A stretch of DNA of 64,000 bases from the NCBI RefSeq assembly GCF_003918875.1, contig NW_025766336.1, positions 1,736,001 to 1,800,000 on the forward strand, given 5' to 3'. The translations under genes were made by a program, and so were the position numbers. The notes below the pieces were generated by a model that did not search any database, was not told the origin of the DNA, and saw only the letters and a program-made list of their open reading frames with translations. How positions within the stretch are numbered: position 1 is the first letter of the stretch; the number at the start of each line of letters is the position of its first letter. The stretch comes from Haliotis rubra. Its lineage: Eukaryota. Below, one piece after another: positions 12,594 to 25,956 of the stretch.

Positions 12594-13392
12594 CCGTTGT
12601 TTGACGCCGCACTTATCCAGCTATATGGCGGCCGTCTGTAGGCCTAATACATCGAGTCTGGTCCAGGCAATCCATACCATCAACATCATGGGCTTCGATC
12701 TACGCCATGCGATGACTTGTCCTGTATGTACACGCGCTGTTGAATACGAGATGCATGTCCTCCTATACTGCCCCCTATATGAAGATATCAGACATGACCT
12801 AGCTGTATGTCCAGTGTGTGTGCCCTGACTTCTCCGATTTTAGTGAAGTACAGAAAGTGGGTTATATTCGCTCCTCACCTGAAATGATTTTAATCAGTGC
12901 CAAGACCTGCAAAGCTATTTTAACTACTCGTACAGATTTCTAATATCCTAGCTAATTATTTTATCGTTTGGAAACATATTTTGTGTGCTTACTTTTACTC
13001 TTTATGGTATGTTTCCCTTTTCTATTTTACATTTTAGGTGTGTGTTTTATAGTCCAATTCATCTTTAACAAATACTTTTACAATATATATTTAATTATCT
13101 TATGCACTTTTAATGCACTTTGGGATAAGCAATGTATTGTTTATTTTATGTAACTATCCATTGTCATTTCGTTTTACATTGTCTCTCATAACACATTTTT
13201 TGGTGGCTCGCTGTACTTGTATACGTAAATTCTATGTGTGTATCTTTTGTATTAAGAGGTGAGATGTGAATTAAAAAATATCTCTGTCTTTGTCAGCCAA
13301 GTCAGCGAGCCTGACCACACGATCCCGTTAGTCGCCTCTTACGACAAGCATGGGTTGCTGAAGGTTCATTCTAACCCGGACCTTCACGGGTC
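12594..13392 (-). mobile_element. SINE-like family A copy split by a LINE insertion
   Basis: 3' half at 12594-12716 and 5' half at 13291-13392. TSD CTTTGTTCTTGT (12582-12593) / CTTTATTCTTGT (13393-13404). Confidence 0.85.
12717..13290 (+). mobile_element. 3' end of a non-LTR retrotransposon (LINE) inserted into a SINE
   Basis: CPVCTRAVEYEMHVLLYCPLYEDIR is a C-terminal CCHC zinc-knuckle of LINE ORF2 type, followed by an AT-rich 3' UTR. SINE halves lie on both sides. Confidence 0.7.
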
Positions 13393-16133
13393 CTTTATTC
13401 TTGTAGGTGTTCTGATAGCCTTTTATGGATTCGCTAAAGCTATGTAGGTTGTACGTGTATTGGGCCAGCAACTAGTCTCTTATATAACGCATTTGACAAT
13501 AAAGTTGTGAAATTATCTCTTTAAAATATTATACAACTTAACCCATAGACAATCTTTATGTTCAGAAACAGTAGAAATTGCCAGCTGCAATAGGCTTGCG
13601 TTCACTGTAATGAATGTACATGTATGTGTTTCAGGATCTGAATAACAGATTAGTACTTTCTTTAATAACCTCAATAAATATTATTGCACTGCCATCTGGA
13701 ATATCCTATTCGGAAATCTTACACACTTATTACACGTAAACAACAATATAGATATATATGAATGGTTTTAAACTCCAAACGGTTCTTTGGTATACATGTT
13801 GCGTTTTCTCTGACAGGTTCGTTTAATGGTTCCGTGAGAAAGCTGCAGTGATGTCTTCATGTGTACAAATATTTTAGGACAATTTGTTTTTCAACTCAAT
13901 TAACTGTATCCGTTTCGGATTCCTTTCACCGGAAAATTACTTTTTACAATACTCTACGCTACAAAACCCAATTAGACTGAAGTGTTAAAGCTGTATGTAA
14001 ATTAATTTAGTCACAAGGTGACGTTACTGTTATGGTGGAAAAATACCGCTAGTCATCTCGGGATACCAAGCATGTAAAATCGCCTACGATTGATAACCCT
14101 TTCCTGTCATATCATTTTGTAAAATCCGCTGCTTGCGGATGTCGACGAAATATAGGCAATGAAAGTCATAATAATGTCACAGAGATTTCATAGTGCTTTG
14201 ATAACCTGGGATCGCTGTGTGCTCTAATAACACAGAGTGTATTGTTTAACAAAAACATGATCAATAATTGACTAATATTAACAAAAAAGAGAAAGTTATA
14301 TCCTCGCTCTACAGATGTCGGATTCAATTAACCGCGAGTGTCACATTATCCTGTGCTTGTCCTCATCGCTGATTGCATTGTTTCTGATGCAGAGCTGTGT
14401 GTCATCCCTTCATCATATCCCGAGGAGCTTTAGTCGAACAACAGTTAAGTCGTATAGAAGGCATGAGTGCACTGAAGCTGGTATATAATTAAGAAAGGTT
14501 TACGGAAATAATTAGGGGTTTGTGGTCCCTGTAAAGTACTCCAGTGCGTGTGAGTGTACACTTGAGTAGCTGCGATGAATGTCCGCGCATTCCTGGCGTC
14601 CCTCGCTGTCCCCATCGAGTCCCCCATTTACATCCCCACAGGTGCGCGTTCTCTTACAGTTACCTGGGTAAACACTGACCCTCTCTTTCATGGGCAGAGA
14701 TTTGTCGCTGAATGACCGGTATTATCCGACTAAGCATCTGGCGTCCTTAAGAGACTAAACATGATAGCTTGCTCGGAACAAGAGTTGAACATACTGAACG
14801 TAGTGGTGCATTCATTTAAGCATCTACACAGATGGCACACACAGTACATAGACACATAAGGGCATTCATCTAAAACTTCTGTATGATATGATTTGCTTCA
14901 TAAAAATACTTTTCGGAGATCAGTTGTGTGATTCTATTTCTATTGCGACAATGGTCTAAAAGATAAATACATCTGCGTATGTTTTCTTGAAAATGGAGGT
15001 TTAAAGAGACTTGTTCCAGAAAGGAGCGTTATAAAGATTACGTAATAGGTAACGAACAGACGCGATTTTCGTTATCACAGACAAAATACAATGTCGAGGT
15101 CATTGCTAACACCCCTCAGTACTGAGAATGGCTTGTAGATGTTTCACCCTACATGTCACGTGGTGTGACTCTAGCAGGGAGCTTACTCAGAACTGGGAAT
15201 AAAGACGCTGATCTTCGGGACACGGGTGACAGGCCGTACCCGACTGGTACCGGGTGGAATGGGTGAGCCGGTACAATCGGGGGCATCAAGATTCGGCGTA
15301 GATGGGGAATTTGTCGCCTTGGATGACTCATGATGTTTCAATGTGGGCCTCATGCCTCGCTTCAGTGACAGGACGTCGCTGTTCAACACAGGCCACCATC
15401 AGCCTCGGATGTTGGTACAATAACAGTTTCCATATACGTCGATCACCTAATGTAAAGATATCGTTAGTACATCGCACACTGACAGTTCGTACTCTGTCCG
15501 GCGTAAGTAAATATACCGGAGTTACACGTACACGGTGTGTTGTGCGTAATGAGAAAATATGTATATATCTATGGAATTAATATGTCAAAATATCCTGGCA
15601 GGAATGTGTGAATTAGATGTTTTATGAATCAAACATCTTGTTGGCCCCGCATGGTCAGGAATGTGGAGACATGAAAAGATTTCCACGGAATGTACCCCAG
15701 TGTAACAGTAGCTACATAACTTAATGTCAGTGGATTCTCCGTGATGTGATCATTTGGATTATACCTGTTGGGCCACATGACGTTCTTACTGTACGACTGA
15801 AGGCTGCCCGACACGTGGCCGTTCTGCAGTAACATGTAGCATATAAAAGCGTTGCTTCACAATAAATATCTCTGGAAAGACTTGCAATCTAATAACATAG
15901 ATTGACTTTGGGTTTTTCGAAAATACAAATATAAAAATAAAATAATAATAATGCAAGCATCCTCCATGTCCCCTTGTACTTTAATTTCATATCCAATCTC
16001 GAAATTCTATTATCAAAATGTGTTAAGATTTATACATTGAAACACTTACTGTGCCCTTCCAATTAAGAAACGTAAAACAATACTGTCTAAAAATAGTCCT
16101 CGTATACAACCACACGAAATTAAATCTGGCAGC

Positions 16134-17508
16134 TTGATGTATTGTACAAGAGTGCATGATGCTCTTGATGTATTGTACAAGAGTGCATGATGCTCTTGAT
16201 GTATTGTACAAGAGTGCATGATGCTCTTGATGTATTGTACAAGAGTGCATGATGCTCTTGATGTATTGTACAAGAGTGCATGATGCTCTTGATGTATTGT
16301 ACAAGAGTGCATGATGCTCTTGATGTATTGTACAAGATGTGCATGATGCTCTTGATGCTATACATGTACAAGAGTGCATGATGCTCTTGATGTATTGTAC
16401 AAGAGTGCATGATGCTCTTGATGTATTGTACAAGAGTGCATGATGCTCTTGATGTATTGTACAAGAGTGCATGATGCTCTTGATGTATTGTACAAGAGTG
16501 CATGATGCTTTGATGATGATATTGATGTATTGTACAAGAGTGCATGATGCTCTTGATGTATTGTACAAGAGTGCATGATGCTCTTGATGTATTGTACATG
16601 ATGCTCTTGATATGATTCTTGATGTATTGTACACAAGATGTATTACATTGCATGATGCTCTTGATGTATTGTACAAGATTGCATGATGCTCTTGATGTAT
16701 TGTACAAGAGTGCATGATGCTCTTGATGTATTGTACAAGATTGCATGATGCTCTTGATACATTGTACAAGAGTGCATGATGCTCTTGATGCTCTTGATGT
16801 ATGTACAAGATTGCATGATGCTCTTGATACATGTACAAGAGTGCATGATGCTCTTGATGTATTGTACAAGAGTGCATGATGCTCTTGATGTATTGTACAA
16901 GAGTGCATGATGCTCTTGATGTATTGTACAAGAGTGCATGATGCTCTTGATGTATTGTACAAGATTGCATGATGCTCTTGATGTATTGTACAAGAGTGCA
17001 TGATGCTCTTGATGTATTGTACAAGAGTGCATGATGCTCTTGATGTATTGTACAAGAGTGCATGATGCTCTTGATGTATTGTACAAGAGTGCATGATGCT
17101 CTTGATGTATTGTACAAGATTTGATGTATTGTACAAGAGTGCATGATGCTCTTGATGTATTGTACAAGAGTGCATGATGCTCTTGATGTATTGTACAAGA
17201 AGTGCATGCATGATGTATTGATGTATTGTACAAGACAAGCATGATGCTCTTGATGTATTGTACAATGATGCTCTTGATGAGTGCATGATGCTCTGATGCA
17301 TGATGCTCTTGATGTATTGTACAAGAGTGCATGATGCTCTTGATGTATTGTACAAGAGTGCATGATGCTCTTGATGTATTGTACAAGAGTGCATGATGCT
17401 CTTGATGCATGTACAAGAGTGCATGATGCTCTTGATGTATTGTACAAGAGTGCATGATGCTCTTGATACATGTACAAGAGTGCATGATGCTCTTGATGTA
17501 TTGTACAA
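16134..17508. repeat. 31-bp minisatellite, about 44 copies
   Basis: Unit GATGTATTGTACAAGAGTGCATGATGCTCTT; explains the 548-, 480- and 296-aa repetitive ORFs. Confidence 0.95.
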
Positions 17509-18067
17509 TATTGTACGTGTTCTTGTAGCACAAGTGAATATAACGATACTGAATAAAAACATGAATATGCTTCGAAACAGTCAGTTAAATCCACAGAACG
17601 ACCTTTCACCGCTGACTTTGGCAGTTTTATACCTTGTAATGACAACGTAACACTCGCCACATTAGCCAATGATAATTTTACAAGAGTATATGCATCTGCA
17701 ATTAAAAATCTTATTCAGCAGGTGATATCTAAGCAAAGGTGTTTTATCTCTGGTGTAACACAGATAACACAACCAACTCGCTTTCCCTATATATCTGCAC
17801 ATTATATGACGTCATCTGTCGAGGGAGGCGTTATCAATCAACGCATTAGTGGTACATGCTCTGTCATTGTGTCTGTACAGAATAGAGGTTTGTAGACGAT
17901 GTTCTGCCGTAATACAGGCTTAATCATGACCGATAACCCCCATCAACCGAGCGCTGTTCAAGGGGTTTATGTTTATATCTTGATTGCTAGGTAAGCGCCG
18001 CCGTGTCAGTACCGACAATGTCATGGTGGCAGTGAAGAGTGAGGGTATTAGAAGGTTGCCATCTCCT

Positions 18068-18382
18068 CAGCTCATACCTAGTCATAAACTATTCAAGTAT
18101 TAACTAACTGTGTTGAAGGTTGCCCTTGTTTCGGCGTCAAAACACAGCTCATACCTAGTCATAAACTATATAATTGAAGTATTAACTAACTGTGTTGAAG
18201 GTTGCCCTTGTTTCGGCGTCAAACCTCAGCTCATACCTAGTCATAAACTATTCAAGTATTAACTAACTGTGTTGAAATCCGCCCTTGTTTCGGCGTCAAA
18301 CCACAGCTCATACCTAGTCATAAACTATTGAAGTATTAACTAACTGTGTTGAATGTTGCCCTTGTTTCGGCGTCAAACCACA
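18068..18382. repeat. 77-bp tandem repeat, 4 copies
   Basis: Unit CAGCTCATACCTAGTCATAAACTATT...GTTTCGGCGTCAAACCA. Confidence 0.9.
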
Positions 18383-18665
18383 CGGCCGTCTCAGTCGATA
18401 ACGACAATAACAACCAATGTCGGACATCAAAAATACAAACAAAATAGGCCTGTATTATAGCCATGTTTAATCCACACACATAAGACAAATCGATATGAAG
18501 GTTTTCATAGTCACATAGGACTTTTCCTGGAGTGAGTGATATGGAAGCGTGAGTGAGAGAGCTGTTTTAGGCTTTATAAAGCAGTATCCCAGCTGTATCA
18601 CTGAGGCCTGTACATATCATAAATAATCCACTCCGTCGGGGTACCGTGACGTGCAGTCAGATGGG

Positions 18666-19790
18666 CAGCCTGCCAATACCCAGTTTCAGCCTCCCGATAC
18701 CCAGTTTCAGCCTCCCAATACCCAGGTTCAGCCTCCTGATACCCAGTTTCAGCCTCCCAATACCTAAGTTTAGCCTTCCAATACCCAGTTTCAGCCTCCC
18801 AATACCCAGGTTCAGCCTCCCAATACCCAGTTTCAGCCTCCCGATACCCAGTTTCAGCCTCCCAATACCCAGTTTCAGCCTCCTAATACCCAGGTCCAGC
18901 CTCCCGATACCCAGTTTCAGCCTCCCAATACCCAGGTTCAGCCTCCCAATACCCAGTTTCAGCCTCCCAATACCCAGTTTCAGCCTCCCGATACCCAGTT
19001 TCAGCCTCCCGATACCCAGTTTCAGCCTCCCAATACCCAGGTTCAGCCTCCCAATACCCAGGTTCAGCCTCCCAATACCCAGTTTCAGCCTCCCAATACC
19101 CAGGTTCAGCCTCCCAATACCCAGTTTCAGCCTCCCGATACCCAGTTTCAGCCTCCCGATACCCAGTTTCAGCCTCCCAATACCCAGTTTCAGCCTTCCA
19201 ATACCCAGGTTCAGCCTCCTGATACCCAGTTTCAGCCTCCCAATACCTAAGTTTAGCCTTCCAGCACCCAGTTTCAGCCTCCCAATACCCAGTTTCAGCC
19301 TCCCAATACCCAGTTTCAGCCTCCCGATACCCAGTTTCAGCCTCCCAATACCCAGTTTCAGCCTCCGATAACCAGCTTCCAGCCTTCCAATACCTAGTTT
19401 CAGCCTCCCGATACCCAGTTTCAGCCTCCCAATACCCAGGTTCAGCCTCCCAATACCCAGTTTCAGCCTCCCAATACCCAGGTTTAGCCTCCCAATACCC
19501 AGTTTCAGCCTAGCGATACCCAGTTTCAGCCTACCGATAAGAATCTCCCAGCCTTCCAATACCCAGTTTCAGCCTCCCGATAAGCAGCTTCCAGCCTTCC
19601 AATACCCAGTTTCAGCCTCCCGGTAAGCAGCTTCCAGCCTTCCAATACCAAGTTTCAGCCTCCCGGTAAGCAGCTTCCAGCCTTCCAATACCAAGTTTCA
19701 GCCTCCCGATAAGCAGCTTCCAGCCTTCCAATACCCAGTTTCAGCCTCCCGATAAGCAGCTTCCAGCCTTCCAATACCCAGTTTCAGCCA
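18666..19790. repeat. 21-bp minisatellite with a 43-bp higher-order unit at its right end
   Basis: Unit CAGCCTCCCAATACCCAGTTT; from ~19550 it alternates with CAGCCTCCCGATAAGCAGCTTC. Confidence 0.95.
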
Positions 19791-20109
19791 ACCGACAAGA
19801 CACCAGTGACCGTTCTGTTGATGACATGCCTTCAACCAAGTCCCAGGGCCTTTCCATCCGATCTATAGCTTGCTGGACGCCCGGATCCCCCGGGTATTCT
19901 CAGGACGCTAACATATTAGTGGGATGTATTATATGCAAAGATATATGGGATAATCGCATGTCTCAGAAATTACGATCTTAAGATTACGATCTCAAGTCAT
20001 TTAGCCTACCTATATACTCCTTCTTGGTGTATGTGAATCAAATATGGGTATACGTGTATCTTGTTTGCCTTGCATAACCTTACAAAGCAGAGCACAACGT
20101 ATCGTTGAA

Positions 20110-20262
20110 GTGACGCTTGAGACAGCTTGTTGTAACATTAAACAATATCACGACAGGGCACAAAACGGACTTCACCCACTGCACCCGTGCGAGGAATCGA
20201 ACTCCGGCCTTCAACCTGGCGAGCGATGACTACGAAAACAACCAGGCTACGAAAACCGCTCT
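20110..20262 (-). mobile_element. tRNA-derived SINE family B, diverged copy
   Basis: GCACCCGTGCGAGGAATCGAACTCCGGCCTTC...ACCAGGCTAC is the reverse complement of the head with its B box. Confidence 0.6.
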
Positions 20263-21409
20263 ACCTATGTAAGAAGATATGGCATTATCATGTTTCCACA
20301 AGGTAATAGACAGGTGCGAACAGTATACTAGTGTGGCGAATCAGATCGTCCTTAACTTGTTTTGGGTAGTATATTATTGACATGAATGGACAATGAAGAG
20401 ACAAAAATAGACCACCTGAAGATAGCATGACCTTTCGCTCAAAGTTATAGCCAGCAATGGGCATGTGATAGCTGCACACTCCGCACAGCGCCAGTGTAGA
20501 TATAGCCGTGTTAGTCACGGGCCATAATCACAAGGAGTGCACAATGGAGAACATCCTCATCTGATGTGACATCAAAACCAAGCCATGTGTGGAGTTTCCA
20601 CCGGGGTAGATGTCTTTGTTACTGAAGACGCAGAGAAAATAGGATGCGAAGATCGTGTGTTGCTATCGGGTGCACTGTTGTGTTGCTATCGGGTAGCCTG
20701 GGAACTTGGTGCTCTAGCCTCATCTATTGAGGAGAGATGGACCTTTCTGCTCTCTGACGACGTTAACTCCCGTGGGGAGTCGCTGAGGTGTGTAGATGGG
20801 ACATAATTTAATGTAGACAGCCATTCTGTCTACTGTTCCATTCAGGGTCTTCCCAGAAAGGGCTTTTGTTCTGACCGTGGTGGACGAGTAACTGCCTCTC
20901 GAGTCTTCAGCAAACCATGTACAGACAGATTTCATCTTTATTATACACCATAACGCTATGGGGTATCAGCAGAACAGGACACATTCTCACGATAAGCATC
21001 TGAACTTTCTCATAACTGAATTGAATGAATGTCACTTTTATACTATTACACATATTTTTACGGAATTCATGTCAATACTCCACCGACCCCGTCCTTATGA
21101 TACAGTAGGTATAGTGTATACTCCTCCGTTGTATCTAGGATCGAGAGATTTCGTGTTAGAACTGGTCCCCAGAAATCTGTGTTTTAAGAGGCATCTTGAT
21201 GGGCCGGTTGGTCATGCTTGGTGACTGGATGGATTGCGCCCCGACGGCGTGGAACGCTGCTCATAACATCAATCCTTGGTTTGTTTGGACCAAACTCGAT
21301 CTTTAACGGGCGGTTTTATGCCTATAAACTTGCTTCCAACCTTTACACATACCAAAGTTACTCTTCAGTCACAGCTACCTTGAGACATCCCCCCCCCAAA
21401 AAAAAAGTA

Positions 21410-21528
21410 CAGTACAACGCTGATGGATATAAAGATGTATGCTATTGCCATTCACAGTACAACGCTGATGGATATAAAGATGTATGCTATTGCCATTCAC
21501 AGTACAACGCTGATGGATATAAAGATAT
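21410..21528. repeat. 45-bp tandem repeat, about 2.6 copies
   Basis: Unit CAGTACAACGCTGATGGATATAAAGATGTATGCTATTGCCATTCA. Confidence 0.85.
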
Positions 21529-22678
21529 ATGTCCCATACCCCCACACACATTGTTAATAGGGAAGCTCTGCCTGGGGGTATCACTTTCAAAGAGAAAAGG
21601 TCCATGATATACTTTCACAACTGTTGTGTATATATTGGTGTCACGTAGTTGGATTTTAAACATGATATACCGCTTCGGGCTCGAATATATCAGCTATAAC
21701 AATGTGTATCTCAACGACAGTCGAGGTCTGTCGCCATGTCACAGAGATCCCGTGCAGTCAAGTCGGTGCCTCTGGGCGGAAAACTGAGGATATTTATATC
21801 TCGTCAAAACAGTCATGCCGTCAAAAAACAATGTTTATTATTCCAGCTTGTTTTGTTAACAGACATTTTTAAATGAGTAAGAGTGGAACGGGTCTCTGTT
21901 CACTCCGCTTGTCAGCTGATTCTGTGATCCACGTGGCCAAATGTCTATGTAACTTGTATACATGTAGATTTGCCGTAGCAGGTGGCCACGCGTGTCGTGT
22001 CTGCAGGCACACCCTGTCGCCAAACATTGTCGTCTGCTGCGCACAGAATTTGGAACTTTGCCAAAACGTCAAAACCAGGACACAGTATGTCAGTAGGCAA
22101 ACAACTCGTTGTTGATATGCTATTGTTCCTATGGCACAATTGTGAATTGTGTTATTACATGCATATGTGAATGCATGTGTTGTGTGTTATTGCTCGTGTC
22201 TCGTCCTCTGCATCCGTTGTAACATGTATCCATCTATAGCATGTATCCATCTTCTGTATCCCGTACTGGGGGTTCAAAAGTTTTCATACAATCAACCCAA
22301 CTGAGTATGTAGTCAGTCTTTTAATATTTCATCATTTTATACAAAATATAACGATTCAACAACAAGTAACAATTTGGTATCAACAATATGTACATAAAGC
22401 AAATGGCAGGTGTGATATGTGCTGGAGGCTTTTAAAGCTGGGCTAAACTGTGGAACTCCACGTCCGGCAAACGCTGTACGGAGCTAGCGTATGATTAAGT
22501 ATGAAGTTTCTGCGAACGGTTATGGTCGTTTTAAAAGTATACAGAAACCCTTTGACCATCGGATGTCGTATCTGCATATCTGTTTACATATTAATGAATA
22601 TAGTAAATCCGCAGTAATGGAAAGGTTTACCACTGTCAGTACGCGAAAATTATGTTTGTAAAGCTGGATGCGACTGAA

Positions 22679-22838
22679 AGTGAGTTTAGTTTTACGCCGC
22701 ACCCAGCAATATTCCAGCTATATGGCGGCGGTCTGTAAATAATAGTCTGGACCAGACAATCCAGTGATCAACAGCATGCGTAATTGGGAACTGATGACGT
22801 GTCAACCAAGTCAGCGAGTCTGACCACCCGATCCCGAG
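22679..22838 (-). mobile_element. SINE-like family A, partial copy
   Basis: AGTGAGTTTAGTTTTACGCCGC...CCAGCTATATGGCGGCGGTCTGTAAAT...CTGACCACCCGATCCCG. Confidence 0.85.
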
Positions 22839-24224
22839 CGACTGAATGAACGCGTATGAGTTTGTTACATACGTGTATATCCAATTTAGAATCAGCTCAG
22901 CACAAACAGCTCTTGGCTGGGCAGAGGACATAACTATTTAATTACCAATTTCAGTCATAAAATTGTTAAAAGCTATTAAAGTTTCCGGAAACATCTGAAC
23001 AGTTGCATTTTCAGCAAATGCTTGTGAACGTGAAGGTTATTTAAGCAGAAGCAAGGAATGTGTGAATATCTCGTTCTCATGTGGATGGAGCGGTATGGGT
23101 ATAGGAGCAACATGGAGTATGTTGCAGTTCTGTCTAGTGATGATATACATGTAGATGATGCTGTTTCAGATTGATGTCGTCATCATATAGCTTGAGGGGT
23201 GCTGTTGTTGATGTTGCAATGCTGAATGAGGATGGGTTGCATGTGGGTGGAGTTATGGTTGTAGTGATGTGGACTGAAGAAGGTTGATGTTTTCCAGCGA
23301 CTGCATAACGGCCCCTCGACAACATTGCAGCCATAAAACCAACTGGGGGAACATGAGTGGGGTGTGATATGTGCTTGGAACTATCTGATATGAAGTTTGG
23401 TTTAACAAGGTTTTACTTTGGGTTGAAGGGGACGGAAACTTCGAAGATGGACATTTCTGAAACTTTTCAGTTGAACCGGAAACCAGATGGTCCCAAGAGA
23501 TAAAGGAATGTGGATAGAATGTTCGGCAGTGTAAAGAATTTAAATGAGAGCATGAATATGTCTTGAATGTTCGGCTGTCTCTTCTTCCGAAAGGTATGCA
23601 CAATGAATGCATTGTGTCACCAACAGAATGCGCCGAAAGTTAGTTTTGTCTCTGAAGCAAACAGCTACAGTATATAGTTCATAAATACACGACTTTGTAT
23701 GAACAACTCAGATCTCTGTTCTATATACATTTGGTTTGGTCGAATCTGTTTGCTGCACTCTCAAAGCAGGAATGACATTATGACAATAACGATTCTACAG
23801 AGACTAGCACAGATGAGATCATATTGTAATGGACCCGCCCCAAACTGTCTGTTTATATGCCATCCGGTCGCCATCTTTAAACACAGTCACAGTTTGAAAC
23901 TGCCGCCATTTTTCACTGGTCAAGATCCTGTTGAGGGTTCAGTGTACGAACAATAGGCTATCACAGGTTGAGAGAGCACATTATGTACAGAATCATGGAG
24001 TCCGTCACGTGATCAGGCCACGCACAGTAGACATTATGCACTTCCGGTTCCAAGTTTGGAGAGTTAAAACAGTTTATCACAGATTCACATAGACAGTTTC
24101 GTCTCACAACTCACGTGGCGCATGGGCACACGCGATGGATCCATTGTTTGGGTCACGTTAGGTCGCTGTAAGTAAACAGTCTCGTGTGGATATGGCACAT
24201 AATTAGATGAAGTCCCCTCTAGGA

Positions 24225-24550
24225 TCAAGAACCGTATGAACATTCAAGTTCATCATTGAGGAGAGCCATCTCGAAAACACTCTTCCACTGTTCATAACGG
24301 GGGGCACACTGTAAGACTGGTCGCCCCAGACGGACGCGGCCTGTGAACAAGAACTGCCCCTCCCCGTGCCTGATGCCACACCGGTGCGGGGCGTGAATCC
24401 CGCCCTTCAGCTCGTGGGGACGGGACCATCCATTTTCTGCCTTTTTGAAAATGGCTTCCTTCTGCGAAATCAACCGAGTCACAGACACCCGGATGACGGA
24501 GGTTTCTTCCACGTCGTCATGGTTGACGTCATCCATGCTGCCGACTGCAA
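24225..24550 (-). CDS. METRNL: Meteorin-like protein, coding exon 4 (C-terminal NTR-like domain, stop)
   Basis: tatttcag|TT GCA translates as VAVGSMDDVNHD...HRCGIRHGEGQFLFTGRVRLGRPVLQCAPRYEQW...LECSYGS*. The CG..G.G.FLF.G..R.G...L.CAPR motif is typical of meteorin and METRNL. Spliced CDS is 927 nt, 308 aa. METRN versus METRNL orthology cannot be resolved here. Confidence 0.93.
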
Positions 24551-25494
24551 CTGAAATACAACATATATATTTTAATGATATATAATACATACATACGACA
24601 CATGTCCTACAACGATCAAAACATACACTTAAGCCATAATGACAAATTCCCCTACATAATAGCTGCATCGGGTAAGCCGTCATTACACTTGATTGTTGAA
24701 CAGGCACAAAAGGATTCGAAATACACACACGGATCAAGACATAAAATTATCTGTATAATTGTGTGGGTGCACGTCGCTGTACATAGTTTCGCCCATACAG
24801 CCTGATGGTTGTCTTCAGGAATGATGACTCACAGCAACACGGATGCATGATGCATGCTATGGGCTGTGTCGGGTCGTTTCGTGCTAAACTCTATAGCCAA
24901 GTATGGAAAGGCAGTTTTATCTGTAACAATCACAGTACCTACACGGGCGGAACAAACCACGTTAACAGCCAGGGGTGGCAACAATGACAGGCCGTTGTGA
25001 ATTAGACAATGACATGTGAATTTGCGGTGGTGTATTCACTTAGCTATAGAAAGTTAAGAATTAAGACCTACATCACGCGCAGTCGGCATTACGGCAGATC
25101 GATTTCTAATGCAGAGTCACGTGAATCCGTGTGGGGTAGCAGTATCGAGCGGCAAGAGGGTGGGGGGTACCATCTACTTCTGTTACAAAGTTAATGTCTC
25201 AGGTTGAAACTGTTATGCCAAATACGATTTATAGCCCTGCGTACCCGAGAGCGAGGTCCAAAAGGGTGTCGGATTGCCAGCTAGGGCGGCGCTATGTGTT
25301 GGCGATGGCTACCGACAGGAAGTTGGCAGTCGTGGACTGATGAACAAAGTGTTCCGACAGATCGGGGTGTGTGATTGAGGCTGTATGCATTGTTCATTCA
25401 CTTTACTACCTCTCCATCAGAGTTGTGCATGCTGGGAAGTAGCTAGATGCACGTCTATGTTGACGTCGGTATTCAGTCAACTTTGTTTTGCTTT

Positions 25495-25715
25495 TGTTTG
25501 CTGTTTTACGCCGGACTTAACAATTTTCCAGCAATATCACATCGCTATGTAAATAATCGAGTCTGGACTAGACTTTCCAGTGATTGAAATCATGAGCATC
25601 GTTATACTCAGCTGATATACGACATGCAACAACCAACTAAGCGAGTTTGATCACCCGTTCCCGTTAGGCGATTCCTACAACAATCACCGTGTGAGTGAGT
25701 GAGTGAGTGAGTGAT
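25495..25715 (-). mobile_element. SINE-like family A, diverged copy in intron 3, followed by (GTGA)n
   Basis: TTTTACGCCG...GTAAATAATCGAGTCTGGAC...CCCGTTAGGCG. Confidence 0.7.
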
Positions 25716-25899
25716 ACGAAAAAAACCTCATGCTTTCGTCCCTAATGAAACAATCCAGCAGGCATGCCATAAGATAACCCGCTGGCTTCCAGCTGAGAGG
25801 TGACGAGCGTGGGTACTAACTCTGCGATAGGTGCACCTAACATTACATTACGTAAAAACTCAGCGATGATTCACGACTGGTTATAGCTTGACAACTCAC

Positions 25900-25956
25900 C
25901 GAAATCACTGGTACAGTAGGCCCGCAACAGTTCTCTATCAGTACAAGGACGGCACT
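25900..25956 (-). CDS. METRNL: Meteorin-like protein, coding exon 3 (57 nt)
   Basis: tttacag|AG TGC CGT CCT TGT ... GAT TTC G|gtgagt translates as (E)CRPCTDRELLRAYCTSDF(V), the meteorin CRPCxDxELLxAxCTSDF signature. Phases match both neighbouring exons. Confidence 0.95.

Noticed and set aside
16023-17669. 548-, 480- and 296-aa ORFs
   Set aside because: They are translations of the 31-bp minisatellite in several frames and show no domain signal.
18068-18382. Hammerhead ribozyme or retrozyme in the tandem repeat (CGAAAC on the minus strand)
   Set aside because: There is no CTGANGA core at a suitable position.
18646-19559. 241-aa (PIPSFSL)n and 300-aa (LGIGRLK)n ORFs
   Set aside because: A 21-bp tandem repeat that is open on both strands, with no gene context.
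23134-23612. 119-aa minus-strand ORF faintly like a CR1/L2 C-terminus (FYPHSFISWDHL)
   Set aside because: The similarity is too weak to call by eye.
24551-24737. N-terminal part of ORF 24225..24737 (and 28690-28727 of the exon 2 ORF)
   Set aside because: Intronic read-through; clear acceptors define the true exon starts at 24550 and 28689.
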